A DNA stretch of 64,000 nt, taken from assembly GCA_000002435.2 (NCBI GenBank), contig CM018790.1. One strand, written 5' to 3'. The notes beneath the pieces were generated by a model, which saw only the letters and a program-made list of their open reading frames with translations, was not told where the DNA came from and made no database searches. This DNA is from Giardia intestinalis. Its lineage: Eukaryota. Shown here in pieces: positions 47,101 to 57,400 of the stretch (its first letter is position 1; each line of letters opens with the position of its first letter). Both the position numbers and the translations under genes were made by a program.

Positions 47101-48097
47101 GAAACTGAGTATACCTGTTAGCCAGAGGTGTAAGGGTGGGGTGCTGATGCGGCTGCGTGAGCGTGGCAGGTGCATAAGACTGGTAATAGGGGTTGAGCGA
47201 CAAATTCAGTTGGGGTGGGCGGGTCAGACTAGAAGATGCACGAGTAGGATCTTCATATTGAATAGTAGGCTGTCCTGTTGGCATGAAGGATTGCTCTGGG
47301 TTCGATTGGAAGCTTGGGGGCTGATGTGTATGCAGTGAGTGACTACCGAGAGCTTGCTGTGAAGAATAAGGCTCAAGGGGTACGTCTATTACAGATGTGG
47401 ACACAGAAGAAAGATTTGGCATGGTTCTTTGAGTCAGACTCTGCGTTTGATAGAACGTGTTCACCAGTCTATTCAAGTAAGCAAGAAGCTCTGTTTGCAT
47501 AGCAAGTTTGGCAGCCAACGCCTTGCAATTGTTGCATGTTTCTGCAGAGGAGTTCCGTGCATACCGTTCTAAGATTTGAATAACGCTAGTATAGGAGTTA
47601 TCTCTTGCAATAGAAAGGGCTATGGATAGATCATGTTCATTGGGGTTCTGCGCATCCAGTAAGAGTTGAAGAAGATCAGTGTCTTGGGTTAAGACAGCCA
47701 AATCAAGAGCAGAGAATCCAGCAACGTCTCTCTCGTTTCCAAAATATGGCAGCAACACGACAACGGTATCGATGTTACCCATCTCGACAGCCACCATCAG
47801 CATAGTCCTGTTCTGCTCCGTGAGAATGTGCCGCTCACGAGAGGCAAGAATGTAGCATAGTTCTGCGTGTCCGGCTGCCACGGCCATATACAAAGCCGTT
47901 CTGCCGGTGGCGGAAACCATACCTGCTTCATAGGATGCAAGCAGCTGTACCATGTGGGGGTCATTCTCAAGTACTGCACACATTAGTCCCGTATTTCCAT
48001 AGTTGTCCCGCATGCCACTGCAACCCTTTGCATAGGTAGCTACCACGCTGTATTCCCGGGAGTGAATGGCCTGAAACCACTCTTCGCGCGAAGTCAT
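44114..48097 (-). CDS. Large ankyrin-repeat protein (1327 aa), 'Protein 21.1'-type, with a central low-complexity and coiled-coil region
   Basis: Ankyrin repeats at both ends (GNTGLMCAV..., TALMYAAEMGN..., TALMIAAAKGH...). The middle is Ser/Pro/Gln-rich and contains a coiled-coil segment (FQELNANFQLLSAEYNQLKERQ). True ATG at complement(48095..48097). Confidence 0.85.
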   Translation of the reverse strand: MTSREEWFQAIHSREYSVVATYAKGCSGMRDNYGNTGLMCAVLENDPHMVQLLASYEAGMVSATGRTALYMAVAAGHAELCYILASRERHILTEQNRTMLMVAVEMGNIDTVVVLLPYFGNERDVAGFSALDLAVLTQDTDLLQLLLDAQNPNEHDLSIALSIARDNSYTSVIQILERYARNSSAETCNNCKALAAKLAMQTELLAYLNRLVNTFYQTQSLTQRTMPNLSSVSTSVIDVPLEPYSSQQALGSHSLHTHQPPSFQSNPEQSFMPTGQPTIQYEDPTRASSSLTRPPQLNLSLNPYYQSYAPATLTQPHQHPTLTPLANRYTQFQELNANFQLLSAEYNQLKERQNARSKSFAIPSSVNHNVFSHKEKGVMGGNDDPEYGDSTAVPPATPGSTKRKSVSRASSKSNRFFGKRYMELDNTPSWPVLPDEGAETPLKTSPLRKTPSQQHRLMREEDPQTRVFPVTPMGHWHDSLSDLKEDLDSIPRLLDVPPSDGEQDSSSSIRDVKKNVSGETNLMRAAQENNLATARRFLHTEAKARLLDGTTALMIAAKFNSRELVHLLSSVEVRMQDNEGRTALHHAAEHDSLDAFQILYYQEKDLKMHSGLSIEDLAKQKNATKVLTYLLELRPNQLTHSPPRNKVETVSVLSQNSLGSKPAPKSRQIQDIINFYKAEQMANQKASSEKTQLLSQTKSNKDGGIPPSVSLSVYDAPPSPQAPRLSPGKSEPAHPIIIPAQPKQILEEAPVVTNHDTVPQSENTVATVIPTSPRKPPYKRVSSTLVLTKENATTPHHHTDPSSQNVSQALSHQPVRAGSNLKLRSVSATLKNPEDKPYSDEILSSSKRTDGLTKERVKASRRSRSNSANMKSHSPLATGKSELMICVENDEFEMGKNLIEQQHGRGDRNGCTALMYAAKLNRPNFATLLVKYEAGLVNDDDQTAYEIAMSHSNYAVAGIIRPYEKHLQKGSPERKLSLKITDRGSPSCPGPADESDSIFHGIPLSTNSSMNDETPQLTQKQHRNTTSTQDLTVEMLFTHPVQQPSARYTDTSPCTISPTDSPIMRPRGMANSTPLIEAVKMGDLPGLKRYLQEHSGFVDDLGMTALMYAAEMGNQDMVMVLRATEAKIRLAKYSLRTFYELSNGTALMIAAAKGHDSCVRALVPYEGGLADDEGHTALMIASRYAHTNMIKDLIPKEARFLDSNGQTALMIAVQNNSGKSHLEAIKLLREAELKCVDTSGVTALIWAAFAGQVEVAELLTGEAGMTTNKTHVHGAGFTALMAAAYVGSGPIVELLLPIEGKIVQANGKTVKDWAKSKNIRDMLDMIL

Positions 48098-48156
48098 GCC
48101 GCCAAGCTCTTGTGCACCTTAAGCTTTTTGCTTTGCAGAACCTTTGGATGGATCAT

Positions 48157-51105
48157 TCACTTTTCAACCCTTGGTGGGCGTGCCAGTAGGGCAGAGATGG
48201 TTTTTCCAGTAAAGTGGGATAGACACGGATTGCTGGCGGGGGTGATTTGATCAATCGTGATGGTTTTTCGTCGACCCTTCTTGTCTAGCGCATTCCGCGG
48301 TGATGATTGCACAGCAGATATCACTTTAGGGACAGGCCTCGGAGGCGTTTGAGGAAGAGCCTCCACAACGTACTTCTCAAGGTCTATGTGATGCGATCTT
48401 GAATGATGTCGAATAGGCATAGGAGCGATAGCATTTTCCACGTATTCAGAGGCTACTTCAGAGAGTACTGTTGTTCTATCAGGCTCTGCATTACAATATT
48501 GAAAGAGATCAATCTGGTTTGCTGACAATAGCTGAGGTACAGGGGAGAACACTTCAATAGTGTCTGCAGCACCCCGTGGTGTGAAGGAGGCCTGGTAGGT
48601 TACCATATCAAGGTAGGCAGGAGCTGGGACAGCTTCTCTATCCGGGAGTAAACCAATGCTAACCGCTTTAGGGTCTTTGTGCTCACCACTTGCTTTTGAG
48701 TTCGCCCCCTTTGCTGATGGTATTGTAGTGAGAGATTCATTTGCTGGATTGGATCCATTTCGGTCAAGTATGGCAGTAACTAGACCGATATTTGTACAAA
48801 TAGACTCGGCCTGTTGCAGTTCCTTATCAGTAATATAATCTAACACAACTTTTCCTGTCAAAAGGTTTTGCTGGGGCAGTATGGTCGTTGAGATTTCAAA
48901 TGCTGGCTTTCCTGGTTCGACCAATTCTCTGGCTGCTTTGGCAGCTTTGTTCTCCGTCCCTTGAACACCTCTGGTACGGCTAGTCCCGACTGGGAGAACG
49001 GGAGTGGATTGTGGCCTTAAGACTGGAGTCAAAGGGGCAGATAAGCATCCGTTCCTTTGTTCTATCTCAGACTTAGCTGCAGACACCACTTGCTTCTCGA
49101 CAGTCTTCTTCTTGCATGAATTAAATTTGCAAGAGTCAGGGTTTAAACTTTCTGCGGACAAATCTGTAATATCAATCGGAGTGAATTTTATACTGGGCTT
49201 TTCTGAAAGAGTTTCGAGATCATAATCCTGCGTGGTACTCTGTAATGTCTTGGCCAATCTCCTGCACCTTTTGCTAAAAGGTTTGAGAGACTCTCCTGAA
49301 CGTTCATTCACGGCACGAATTGTCGAGCCAAGCATAAATCTACTAAGAACGCTTGTGTTCTTAACACGTTCAACCTCCCCATTGTAAATTCCACTGAGGC
49401 CAGTGGAGTACGGAGCACCATTTATTGCTTGCTGAATGGTGTCCCGATGACCCTCAACACATGCCTTCAGGTCGGCCTCATCGATGATCTTGCGTGTCTG
49501 GTATGTCGGCTTGGGATCTCTGCATTCCTGGCAAGTAGAAGCGTGATGGGTCCAAAGGGTATCAAGCGGGGCCATGGCCTGCCCAAGGACGGTATCTGCT
49601 AATGATGTTGCTAGCTCTGCAGGAGAAGGGCAAACATGGAGTCCAGAAAGATCCATGGATCGTATTGGAGCAGTAGAGGCAATGACTGGGCTCTTGGGTA
49701 CGGTGATGTGTTTTGATGCACCGGGGTTCTTTCGGGACTGAACGGCTTCTTGAAATGCCTTCATCAGTGAGTCCTTAGTTTCTGCAACACAGCTATCGAA
49801 GCTATCCTCACTTACCGAACGTGTGTGATGTGTAAGCGCGTGAAGAGCTGCCTCAGAGGCGGGATGGGTATTAATAATAGACCTAACTGCATCCCCAGGC
49901 CCAACCTTCGATATAGTACCAAAGCTTATGTGATGCTTATCGTGATGTTTGCTGGTGAAAAGCGACACTAATTGCAAACCGTACATGTCAGAGACATATT
50001 CCGCCAGACTAGTCTCCTCAATTATCTTCTTCCGTGACAGTGCCTGCATGCCGGCCTCGGCAGCCTTTCGCGATGCCTTTTTATCATACGTTGACAATAA
50101 CGCCCAGACAGTATCGGTAAAAGTGTTCTCCTTCATGAGGCCTGTAAATGAGTGAATAGCTGTCTGTGTGTCCCAGGCCCATGGGAAGGCAAAGGAGTAG
50201 AGATCCAGGAGATACTCAGTGTTTTCCATGCAGACTTTAACTGCATTGGGGCTGCCACCAATAGAAAGATACCTGTCAAGAAGCACCTGGTACAGTCCAG
50301 TTGGATCGAAGATTACATTAGATATGACCAGTTTGTGGAACTCGCCAAGCACGTGGTTTAGAATGCTTCGAATGTCGCAGTTCACCACTATGGGAAGCTT
50401 CACACACCTATCAACGGCAATCTTACAGAGGGACACAAACACCCTCAACAGCAAGTGATACTTCCGAAGTTCTGCTGGTGACATGCTGGTCAAACTAGGG
50501 ATCCTAGTAATGACACGGGGAGGGATACCAGCTCGGAGCTGAGCACAAACCGCGGGGGTGGCTATCTCTGCTGCAGTCTGCGAGTGGTATGACAGGGCCA
50601 GTGAAATAAGATTGATCCCCTCAACTATATTACCGTAGTATGCAATGGTAGCTGCTCGTAAAGCCAATGCCTCTGCTGGGTGTGTGGCGCAACTGTCATT
50701 ACATAAAGTAATCTTATTATAGTTCAAGAGGGGATCAGAGACCAGACAGAGAAGATGGCTTGTTGCGGAATTTGAATCGTTGCGCTGAATTGCCAAGTAG
50801 CTAAGTCTTTGGAGTGATAGGTGTGTAGGGAGTATCCGGATGGACTGTTCTAAAGCAAGGGATGCCGACAACAAATCATTGTTCAGCCAATGATATAATC
50901 CTAAGTCTCCATACAGGCACGCTTTAAGAACGCGATAATATGTCCGAAAATATAGTCGATGCACCTCGGGCTCTGCGTGAAACCACTTGTCCATGAGGGG
51001 CAAGAGCTTATTAAGTGATTCTATTGCGTCAGAATACCGTTTTTCTCGCCCACTCTGCACTACTTTGACCAAGCTATCATTCAATTTAGCCTCCAGAACA
51101 CTCAT
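48157..51105 (-). CDS. Hypothetical protein (about 982 aa): alpha-helical N-terminal half, Ser/Thr/Pro-rich C-terminal half
   Basis: The track start 51132 is a TTG; the first ATG is at complement(51103..51105) (MSVLEAKLND...). Confidence 0.65.
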   Translation of the reverse strand: MSVLEAKLNDSLVKVVQSGREKRYSDAIESLNKLLPLMDKWFHAEPEVHRLYFRTYYRVLKACLYGDLGLYHWLNNDLLSASLALEQSIRILPTHLSLQRLSYLAIQRNDSNSATSHLLCLVSDPLLNYNKITLCNDSCATHPAEALALRAATIAYYGNIVEGINLISLALSYHSQTAAEIATPAVCAQLRAGIPPRVITRIPSLTSMSPAELRKYHLLLRVFVSLCKIAVDRCVKLPIVVNCDIRSILNHVLGEFHKLVISNVIFDPTGLYQVLLDRYLSIGGSPNAVKVCMENTEYLLDLYSFAFPWAWDTQTAIHSFTGLMKENTFTDTVWALLSTYDKKASRKAAEAGMQALSRKKIIEETSLAEYVSDMYGLQLVSLFTSKHHDKHHISFGTISKVGPGDAVRSIINTHPASEAALHALTHHTRSVSEDSFDSCVAETKDSLMKAFQEAVQSRKNPGASKHITVPKSPVIASTAPIRSMDLSGLHVCPSPAELATSLADTVLGQAMAPLDTLWTHHASTCQECRDPKPTYQTRKIIDEADLKACVEGHRDTIQQAINGAPYSTGLSGIYNGEVERVKNTSVLSRFMLGSTIRAVNERSGESLKPFSKRCRRLAKTLQSTTQDYDLETLSEKPSIKFTPIDITDLSAESLNPDSCKFNSCKKKTVEKQVVSAAKSEIEQRNGCLSAPLTPVLRPQSTPVLPVGTSRTRGVQGTENKAAKAARELVEPGKPAFEISTTILPQQNLLTGKVVLDYITDKELQQAESICTNIGLVTAILDRNGSNPANESLTTIPSAKGANSKASGEHKDPKAVSIGLLPDREAVPAPAYLDMVTYQASFTPRGAADTIEVFSPVPQLLSANQIDLFQYCNAEPDRTTVLSEVASEYVENAIAPMPIRHHSRSHHIDLEKYVVEALPQTPPRPVPKVISAVQSSPRNALDKKGRRKTITIDQITPASNPCLSHFTGKTISALLARPPRVEK

Positions 51106-51329
51106 GACATAAGGGTTTAAGTCTATGGACAACAGAACGTTAGACCACGATCAAAACGATAATTCAATTTTTGGTCGTCCCCAAGGAGCCTTTCCTGCGC
51201 GCCAGAAGTTACTGCTTGGCATTTATATAGTAGTATAACATTCATTAGCAAGATAATGTGGTAACAGGGGCAATACTACCGTTAAAAATTCTTAAAACTC
51301 TAAGCCGTAGGTGTGGGGCACACACTTGC

Positions 51330-54300
51330 ATGGCGCCTCTATCACATATATATACTGATATCAGTACGCTATCTAGTACTCCAGCGGTTGTCTTTTTCAA
51401 AGCTAACAGACGAGCAGATGCTGCACCGGTTTTGATTAAACTGTTTCGGACCCAAGAGGACTCCGACAGCTCCGCCAGAATAAAGACAATAGTTTCCTTC
51501 ACTGAACTACTGACAGTTACATCTGTGGCTTTGGGCACGATCTCTGCTATTCGAGAAGTAGACTCTGGTTTGCTGATAGAGTATGCTCTGCCACCACACG
51601 CCACAATCCAAGCTTTGCCTGAATATTTGCTGTCAAAAAGGGCTCTGACAGCTCGTGAAAGTGGGCAAAAAGCGAGTGTCTCAAGGCCATCAAGCAAGTT
51701 GAGCAATCGACCTTCTAGTACCCGTAATCTTGAGCATAGCATGTCTACCCCAAACATTTCAGATTTCCCTGGAACTGAAACTTGGTGCACAACTCCACGA
51801 TTTAGCAGGAGAGCTTATAGGTCAAGGTCCAATAAGTCCCAGAGTAAAGTAACAACAGCAACAGCAGCACCAGAATGGAAAGTAATTGCTGCAACAATCG
51901 ATAGGTGGCAAGAGCGGATTGTTTGGCAGATAGTTGCGCAGCTTGTTCAAGGATTGGCAGACTTTTACAAGGCTCCTGAGTCTCTTAGAGCAGGCCTCAC
52001 ACCAACCATCTGTCCAGAGGCAATCTTTGTTGTTCACGACTCATGCGCACCATTGCGACCAGAGATAGTAATCTTAGCATGCATCTTAGATACGCATACA
52101 CCAGTCTCCAATACAGTATACAAAGCGCCAGAACTGTTTAGAGGCGCAACTAAGGGGCCTGCTGCTGACATTTGGGCGCTTGGGTGTCTTGCATTTGAAG
52201 TTGTGGCACAGCGAAAACCAAGATTTAATTCTGCTAAGCTGGTCAAAGATCCAGTATTGCAGAATATAGACTGCTCGCCTAGTTTACTCGAGTTTATAAC
52301 CTCCTGCTGTCGATTTAGTCCCCACGAAAGACCATCTCTCGTAGAGCTTATGAAGTCCAAGATAATTCATGCAGTCATGACCTATATGTTTGGTATAGCA
52401 CAGACTAAGAGCGAGCTAACTCTGGTCAAGCAGTTAGACCTGACCAAAATCAATATGCGACGTCTATCTAAGAGTAAAGGCTTCAGACCAACACGTTCTG
52501 AAGTTCCAGTGTCACTTACAAATCGGTCAGAGAGCTCCGATAGCCTTTCCATTACTGACATTTTGGATCTCTGTGTACGGTCACCAGACACAGGCATGCA
52601 TCAATTGCCTTTAATATGCTATGATGTTGCGGCAAGATCAGGTGTTCTTGGCCAGCAGTGCGTTACGTGGGAGTATGATAACCCGTGCTTTTCGGCTGAC
52701 ATGAACGAGTGTATTAGCAGACGGAAACTTCTATCATTTCTTCTGCTTCCCAATGCTGCCGATCTCATCGGCAAGGAGGCTCTAAACTTGCTGCCTTTTC
52801 TGACGTCCTTCGAAGCCATAAAGCAGCTGTGTGACTTGTCCTTTGATGGTATTGCAATGGAGTCGGATAAGGAGTTCACCAGACAAGAGGAAGCACAGCT
52901 CTTAAACAATCTAGATACGATCTGGGCCACTATTCTCAATGTGCCATACATCCCTGGTTTCTTACTTCAGGACGACTACTTTGTTGATCGTATTACTAAC
53001 GAGCTCGGTGCCTGTGCAGCCTGGGTCACGGAAAACAATAATTCTATCATCAGCATTAAGACAGAGCTTTGCTGTATTTACACTGTGCTATCTAGTCTTT
53101 ACTTTACTGCCCCTCAAGAGTTCTGTGCATGTTTCCTGACTAATAACAATCGCTTTAATTGTATTTTGAGTACTGCCTTCGATCAACACATCAGTAAGCT
53201 ACTTACATCAATTTTGACTGAGGGACATGTGCCACCCTTTGTTATCACCGAGGCACATCAGCTTTTTAGCCATAGTGTGCTACAGCTGACATCCCGTCTG
53301 GATTCTTCTGACTCAGTTATTCCTAGTGGTCATGTTTTTCTGCTTATTAATCTGAGTGGGGTACTGCTTTCTGCAGCTACTAAACAGACTCGCCCAATCA
53401 TAGATCCCCCTGAGCTGATGCCAATTGTATCAGCGATTAGGTCTCTCATCTCAAGAGGAATCCAGTTCAAGATCCTTGTACAGCACTTTATCACCCAGCT
53501 ATTATTGATTCTATCACTCTCTTTGATGCATGAGCTGAATAATAATGTATATTCGCCAACCAGTCCTGCTGGTGCAACTCTGACAAAGCTGTTTTCATGC
53601 GTCATTAAGTGTTTTGAGGACCTTCCGAAAAGAGAATGTGCATACCACCAACACAGTTCTTCCCATGATACTATACACCTAATCATGGTCCTCAGTTTGA
53701 CTTGCCAAGTCTTTATGCTGCTTACATATATCCAGCGACAACACCTTAAAAGCCTAGGACTAGACGTTTGCTCTGACGTCTTTGCACAAGATAATCTGTT
53801 GAAGAACAGTGCCTCTTCTTCAGAAGAAATGCAGCAACCGTCTATGTCCGATTGCATCACTGAATACATAGGACAGACGGCACACATAGGACTAAGAGCC
53901 CCTGAGTCTTGGAGCCAAGCAAAGATCAACTTTATCAAAGCCTTTGTGCCACTGAAAGAGCAATTTATCCGCTTTGGTCAGGAGCTGGTTCCATACCTTG
54001 CACAACTGACCCTGGACAAAGAGCTTTCCGCAGTAACTATTGTGCAGTTCTTTTTATGCAGATTGAGGAATATTCTTTTAGATTTGGAATCGCGGTCCTC
54101 TTCGTCATTGGGCCGAATCCTCACCGAATCGTCGTTCTTTTCTAAGGTGCAGCATTATCTAATTCTTCTCGCCCAGAAAGACGGCAGAAGGCCTCTCCAT
54201 GTCACTGCATTTCGACAAGAATACCCAGAAGTGGTGTACCTTCTGGCGACAGCCAAGCGGCTCCTTTACCTTGCACTAGGCAAGCGGGATTCTGAGGTTT

Positions 54301-54443
54301 TCAGAGGATGCATTACAAATAATTTACAGGGACAACTACAAGAGTATTTAAAGCACTGCAAACAGGAACTCCTCGACATTGCGACAGAGTCATATATTGT
54401 CAATCTGGATCTCACAAAAACGTTCGTCCAGACACTTACCTAA
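51330..54443 (+). CDS. NEK-like kinase-domain protein (probably catalytically inactive) with a long C-terminal alpha-helical region, about 1037 aa
   Basis: The track start 51258 is a GTG; the first ATG is 51330, preceded by ttaaaaattcttaaaac. An N-lobe-like region (AVVFFKANRR...PVLIKLF...LLIEYA) and a C-lobe-like region (YKAPELFRGATKGPAADIWALGCLAFEV) are separated by a Ser-rich insert. No HRD or DFG motif. The minus-strand ORF 51245..51790 is judged antisense noise. Confidence 0.65.
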   Translation: MAPLSHIYTDISTLSSTPAVVFFKANRRADAAPVLIKLFRTQEDSDSSARIKTIVSFTELLTVTSVALGTISAIREVDSGLLIEYALPPHATIQALPEYLLSKRALTARESGQKASVSRPSSKLSNRPSSTRNLEHSMSTPNISDFPGTETWCTTPRFSRRAYRSRSNKSQSKVTTATAAPEWKVIAATIDRWQERIVWQIVAQLVQGLADFYKAPESLRAGLTPTICPEAIFVVHDSCAPLRPEIVILACILDTHTPVSNTVYKAPELFRGATKGPAADIWALGCLAFEVVAQRKPRFNSAKLVKDPVLQNIDCSPSLLEFITSCCRFSPHERPSLVELMKSKIIHAVMTYMFGIAQTKSELTLVKQLDLTKINMRRLSKSKGFRPTRSEVPVSLTNRSESSDSLSITDILDLCVRSPDTGMHQLPLICYDVAARSGVLGQQCVTWEYDNPCFSADMNECISRRKLLSFLLLPNAADLIGKEALNLLPFLTSFEAIKQLCDLSFDGIAMESDKEFTRQEEAQLLNNLDTIWATILNVPYIPGFLLQDDYFVDRITNELGACAAWVTENNNSIISIKTELCCIYTVLSSLYFTAPQEFCACFLTNNNRFNCILSTAFDQHISKLLTSILTEGHVPPFVITEAHQLFSHSVLQLTSRLDSSDSVIPSGHVFLLINLSGVLLSAATKQTRPIIDPPELMPIVSAIRSLISRGIQFKILVQHFITQLLLILSLSLMHELNNNVYSPTSPAGATLTKLFSCVIKCFEDLPKRECAYHQHSSSHDTIHLIMVLSLTCQVFMLLTYIQRQHLKSLGLDVCSDVFAQDNLLKNSASSSEEMQQPSMSDCITEYIGQTAHIGLRAPESWSQAKINFIKAFVPLKEQFIRFGQELVPYLAQLTLDKELSAVTIVQFFLCRLRNILLDLESRSSSSLGRILTESSFFSKVQHYLILLAQKDGRRPLHVTAFRQEYPEVVYLLATAKRLLYLALGKRDSEVFRGCITNNLQGQLQEYLKHCKQELLDIATESYIVNLDLTKTFVQTLT

Positions 54444-54479
54444 AAGTTGCAAGCAAGCTGCAAGCAGGTTAAATAGAGC

Positions 54480-57400
54480 TCACAATCCGTTACATCTCCT
54501 TCGCCGTATCTTGCACTGGTGACAATACTTTAATAATAATATAATGACAACGATAAGTAAAGCTAGAAGAACAATAGCGATACCAACATATGTGATAAAA
54601 ATCTTCCACTCAAGGGCATTCGGAGAAACGCACACGTCATTGATACATGTGTAGAGACAATTTGCGGGTGTACACATCTGGTCATCAGGGTCGACTGTTG
54701 CATCATCACGCACCTTAAGTGGGATATGGATGCAAGCATCTCCAACGGCGCTTTGCATATCTCCACTGGGACAGCCCTCGCACTGTGACAGGCCTGACAT
54801 AGAAAATTCATCAATGGGGCATCTTTGGACTAACAGCCCCCCGACAGATTCGGGATTTCTGCAAGAGTGACCAGCAGGGCATGGTCTACACCCTCCATTG
54901 GGACCATCCCCGACCATGCTGTGGATTGCTAACGGTAGGTTTGCTGTGTATTCCTGTTCTACAATAGAGTATGGGACATTGGTCTCATTCTTGCTGGCAT
55001 AACATATCAATGTAGAAGCGCTTTTCTTGCAAGTGCCTTGCCCTTCTTCATCTTGATACTCGTTGCCGATGCAGGGGATAGGCATCCCTCTGATGCATCG
55101 GAAACCTCGGGGACAGAGTATCTGTTCCTTTCCCGGAATGCAAAGATACCCTAATAGCAAGCAAGGTACGCAAAAAGCTTTATTCATGAACAGATATGGA
55201 GGGCAATTCGTTGTAAGATACCCAGAACCGTCTGATGTATATTGGACATGGTATATCGGCTCCTGGTAGGCAATCTCCTCAGTTATTGTACTGTAGTTTC
55301 CAGGGTATATTCTATCACATGATTCTGAGTTCTTGCTGGTGAAAAACCCAAAGTCGCATGGCTTCCTGATATTATCCTTACAAATAGAACCGTCCAGGCA
55401 CGGTACACAGTTGAGGCTAGAGTTGAGACCTCTCCACAGATATGTCTTATGTTCGCAACTAACGGGCTCCTCATCTAGGTTATACTGCTCATCCCAATAA
55501 CTGTATGGAATCGTGTACAAACCCCGATGGAATACGTATCCTGTGCTGACTGTATGCATATTACCAGATGATACGGTATATCTTTTCCCGCTGATTATAA
55601 TATCGAAATCCTCATGTGTCCATGTGGTGATATTTGCGTCCATGGGGGCGCAGAGAATCGTTCCAGATGGGATGGTCATAGTGTACTTAGGAAGGTCGCT
55701 ATTCACATCACTGCTAGCATCCTGTGGCATAGCGCCTACTACCCGTGGCTTGATTGAGACGACTCGCATGTTCACCAGAGTAACGTCGTCGCTAAAGGAG
55801 ATAGACACCCCATTTGTCGCATTGTTAGACTGGTGCTTGAAAGATGTGTCACCAATTAAATTCTTGAGCGACATCTTATAGCTAATCATCACCATCTCGC
55901 CGGCTGCGTCTCTCACAGAACGCTGAATTACAGTAAGCATTCGGCAATCTATGGATATAACGTCTCTTACGGTGGAAATAAAGATAACAAGGTACTCTGG
56001 CAAGCTGGTGTGAAAGTCTAGATAGATTTCTACATCGTCATCCGCATTGTATGAATCTATTAGGGCGTACCATCGCTTGGACGAAAAAAGAGTTGGCATA
56101 AACACAGCTGCTGTGCAATCATAATCCATTAGATACGGGAATGGCATTGACGCAGATGTGAATGTATACGATCCAGAAGAATAGTCTAGTTCTGTTATGG
56201 CTATCCTTCGTGTATTAGCCTTGTAATGGGTATACGTATACATACGTGAATAATTGCTAAGGGCTTCCTTCTCTGTATACCCATGGGCATAGTATCTAAA
56301 CGTGCACTGGGTGTCAGTATATGGTAGACTCAATACTCGGTAAGTAAATTCATAGTCTCTCATCAGATCGGTGTCCGAAGTAAGCGCTTCCTTAAACGAT
56401 AGAGACAGGTTCATTGTGCTGCCAATAGATTCTGCGAAAGTCTGATCATACACCCAGGTGAATATGTTCCAGTACATATCTCTTATGGCGACATACCCAC
56501 GTGGCACTGCAGATAGCAAGGCCTTGTACTTTTCGTCAGTAAAGATAAGCAAAGCATTCGCCATTTGCCCATGCCGAGTATTGTAGACGTCCACCACGTC
56601 CGCAATGTCGTCACTAGAGCTGTTCGTCCATCCACAGACATAGTGCACCAAAAGGTCTGCAGGTAGATCCTTCTGTGCGTTAGAATCCTTGCTTAGTTTT
56701 ATTTGAAGTGTTTCAGACGCAAAAAGGCCGGTTGAAAACCAAAGACTAGATTGGTCGGTGTTAGTCCCATCAGAGAACAGAGCGAACGACGATCTAAACG
56801 TGTAGTGAGGCCAACTATACGCTATGTCCTGTACATAGTAGCGCAGAGTGCCGCCACCCTTTTTAAATACTGGACGTATGTTGAAGGCAACAGAACCAGA
56901 TGCAAAAGTATATGAAGAACAATTGATAGTTGCTGCAGGGCTGCTTTCTACATCTGGGACAGAGCTCGTACACACTATCCCAGGAGGGATTGTCAGCTCA
57001 AAGGGGAGAAAGAATAGCTTAGGCGTATCAGTGTCAGATGACGAGGACAGTGAATGGGGTAGGGACCGGTTAAAGCCTGATGCCGGCTGATAGAGATAAG
57101 AGATGATAGCATAGGAAAGCTGCGGAAAGGTGGGAGGTGTCTTGTTGTCCAGCATTTCGGTCAGAGAAGACGTGTAGCAAGGGGCGACTGTCTTCTCAAC
57201 AACAAGATCGAATGAGTTGAGATCACAAATTGGACACTTCCATATGCGTCCAGGAATTGGCTGTGCTATTGCAAGAAAGAATTTTCCTGTTACATCCGCT
57301 TCGCTCTGGACAGAGTAGGCAATAGAGTCGAATCGAGAACCGGGTGTCTGGGGATCTCCGACAATAAGTCTAATAGATAGCCCGCCAAAGCTATACACTG

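Noticed and set aside
51245-51790. Minus-strand 181-aa ORF overlapping the N-terminus of the NEK-like gene
   Set aside because: The plus-strand frame here encodes a recognisable kinase N-lobe (beta-strands, PVLIKLF, LLIEYA hinge), so the antisense ORF is most likely spurious.
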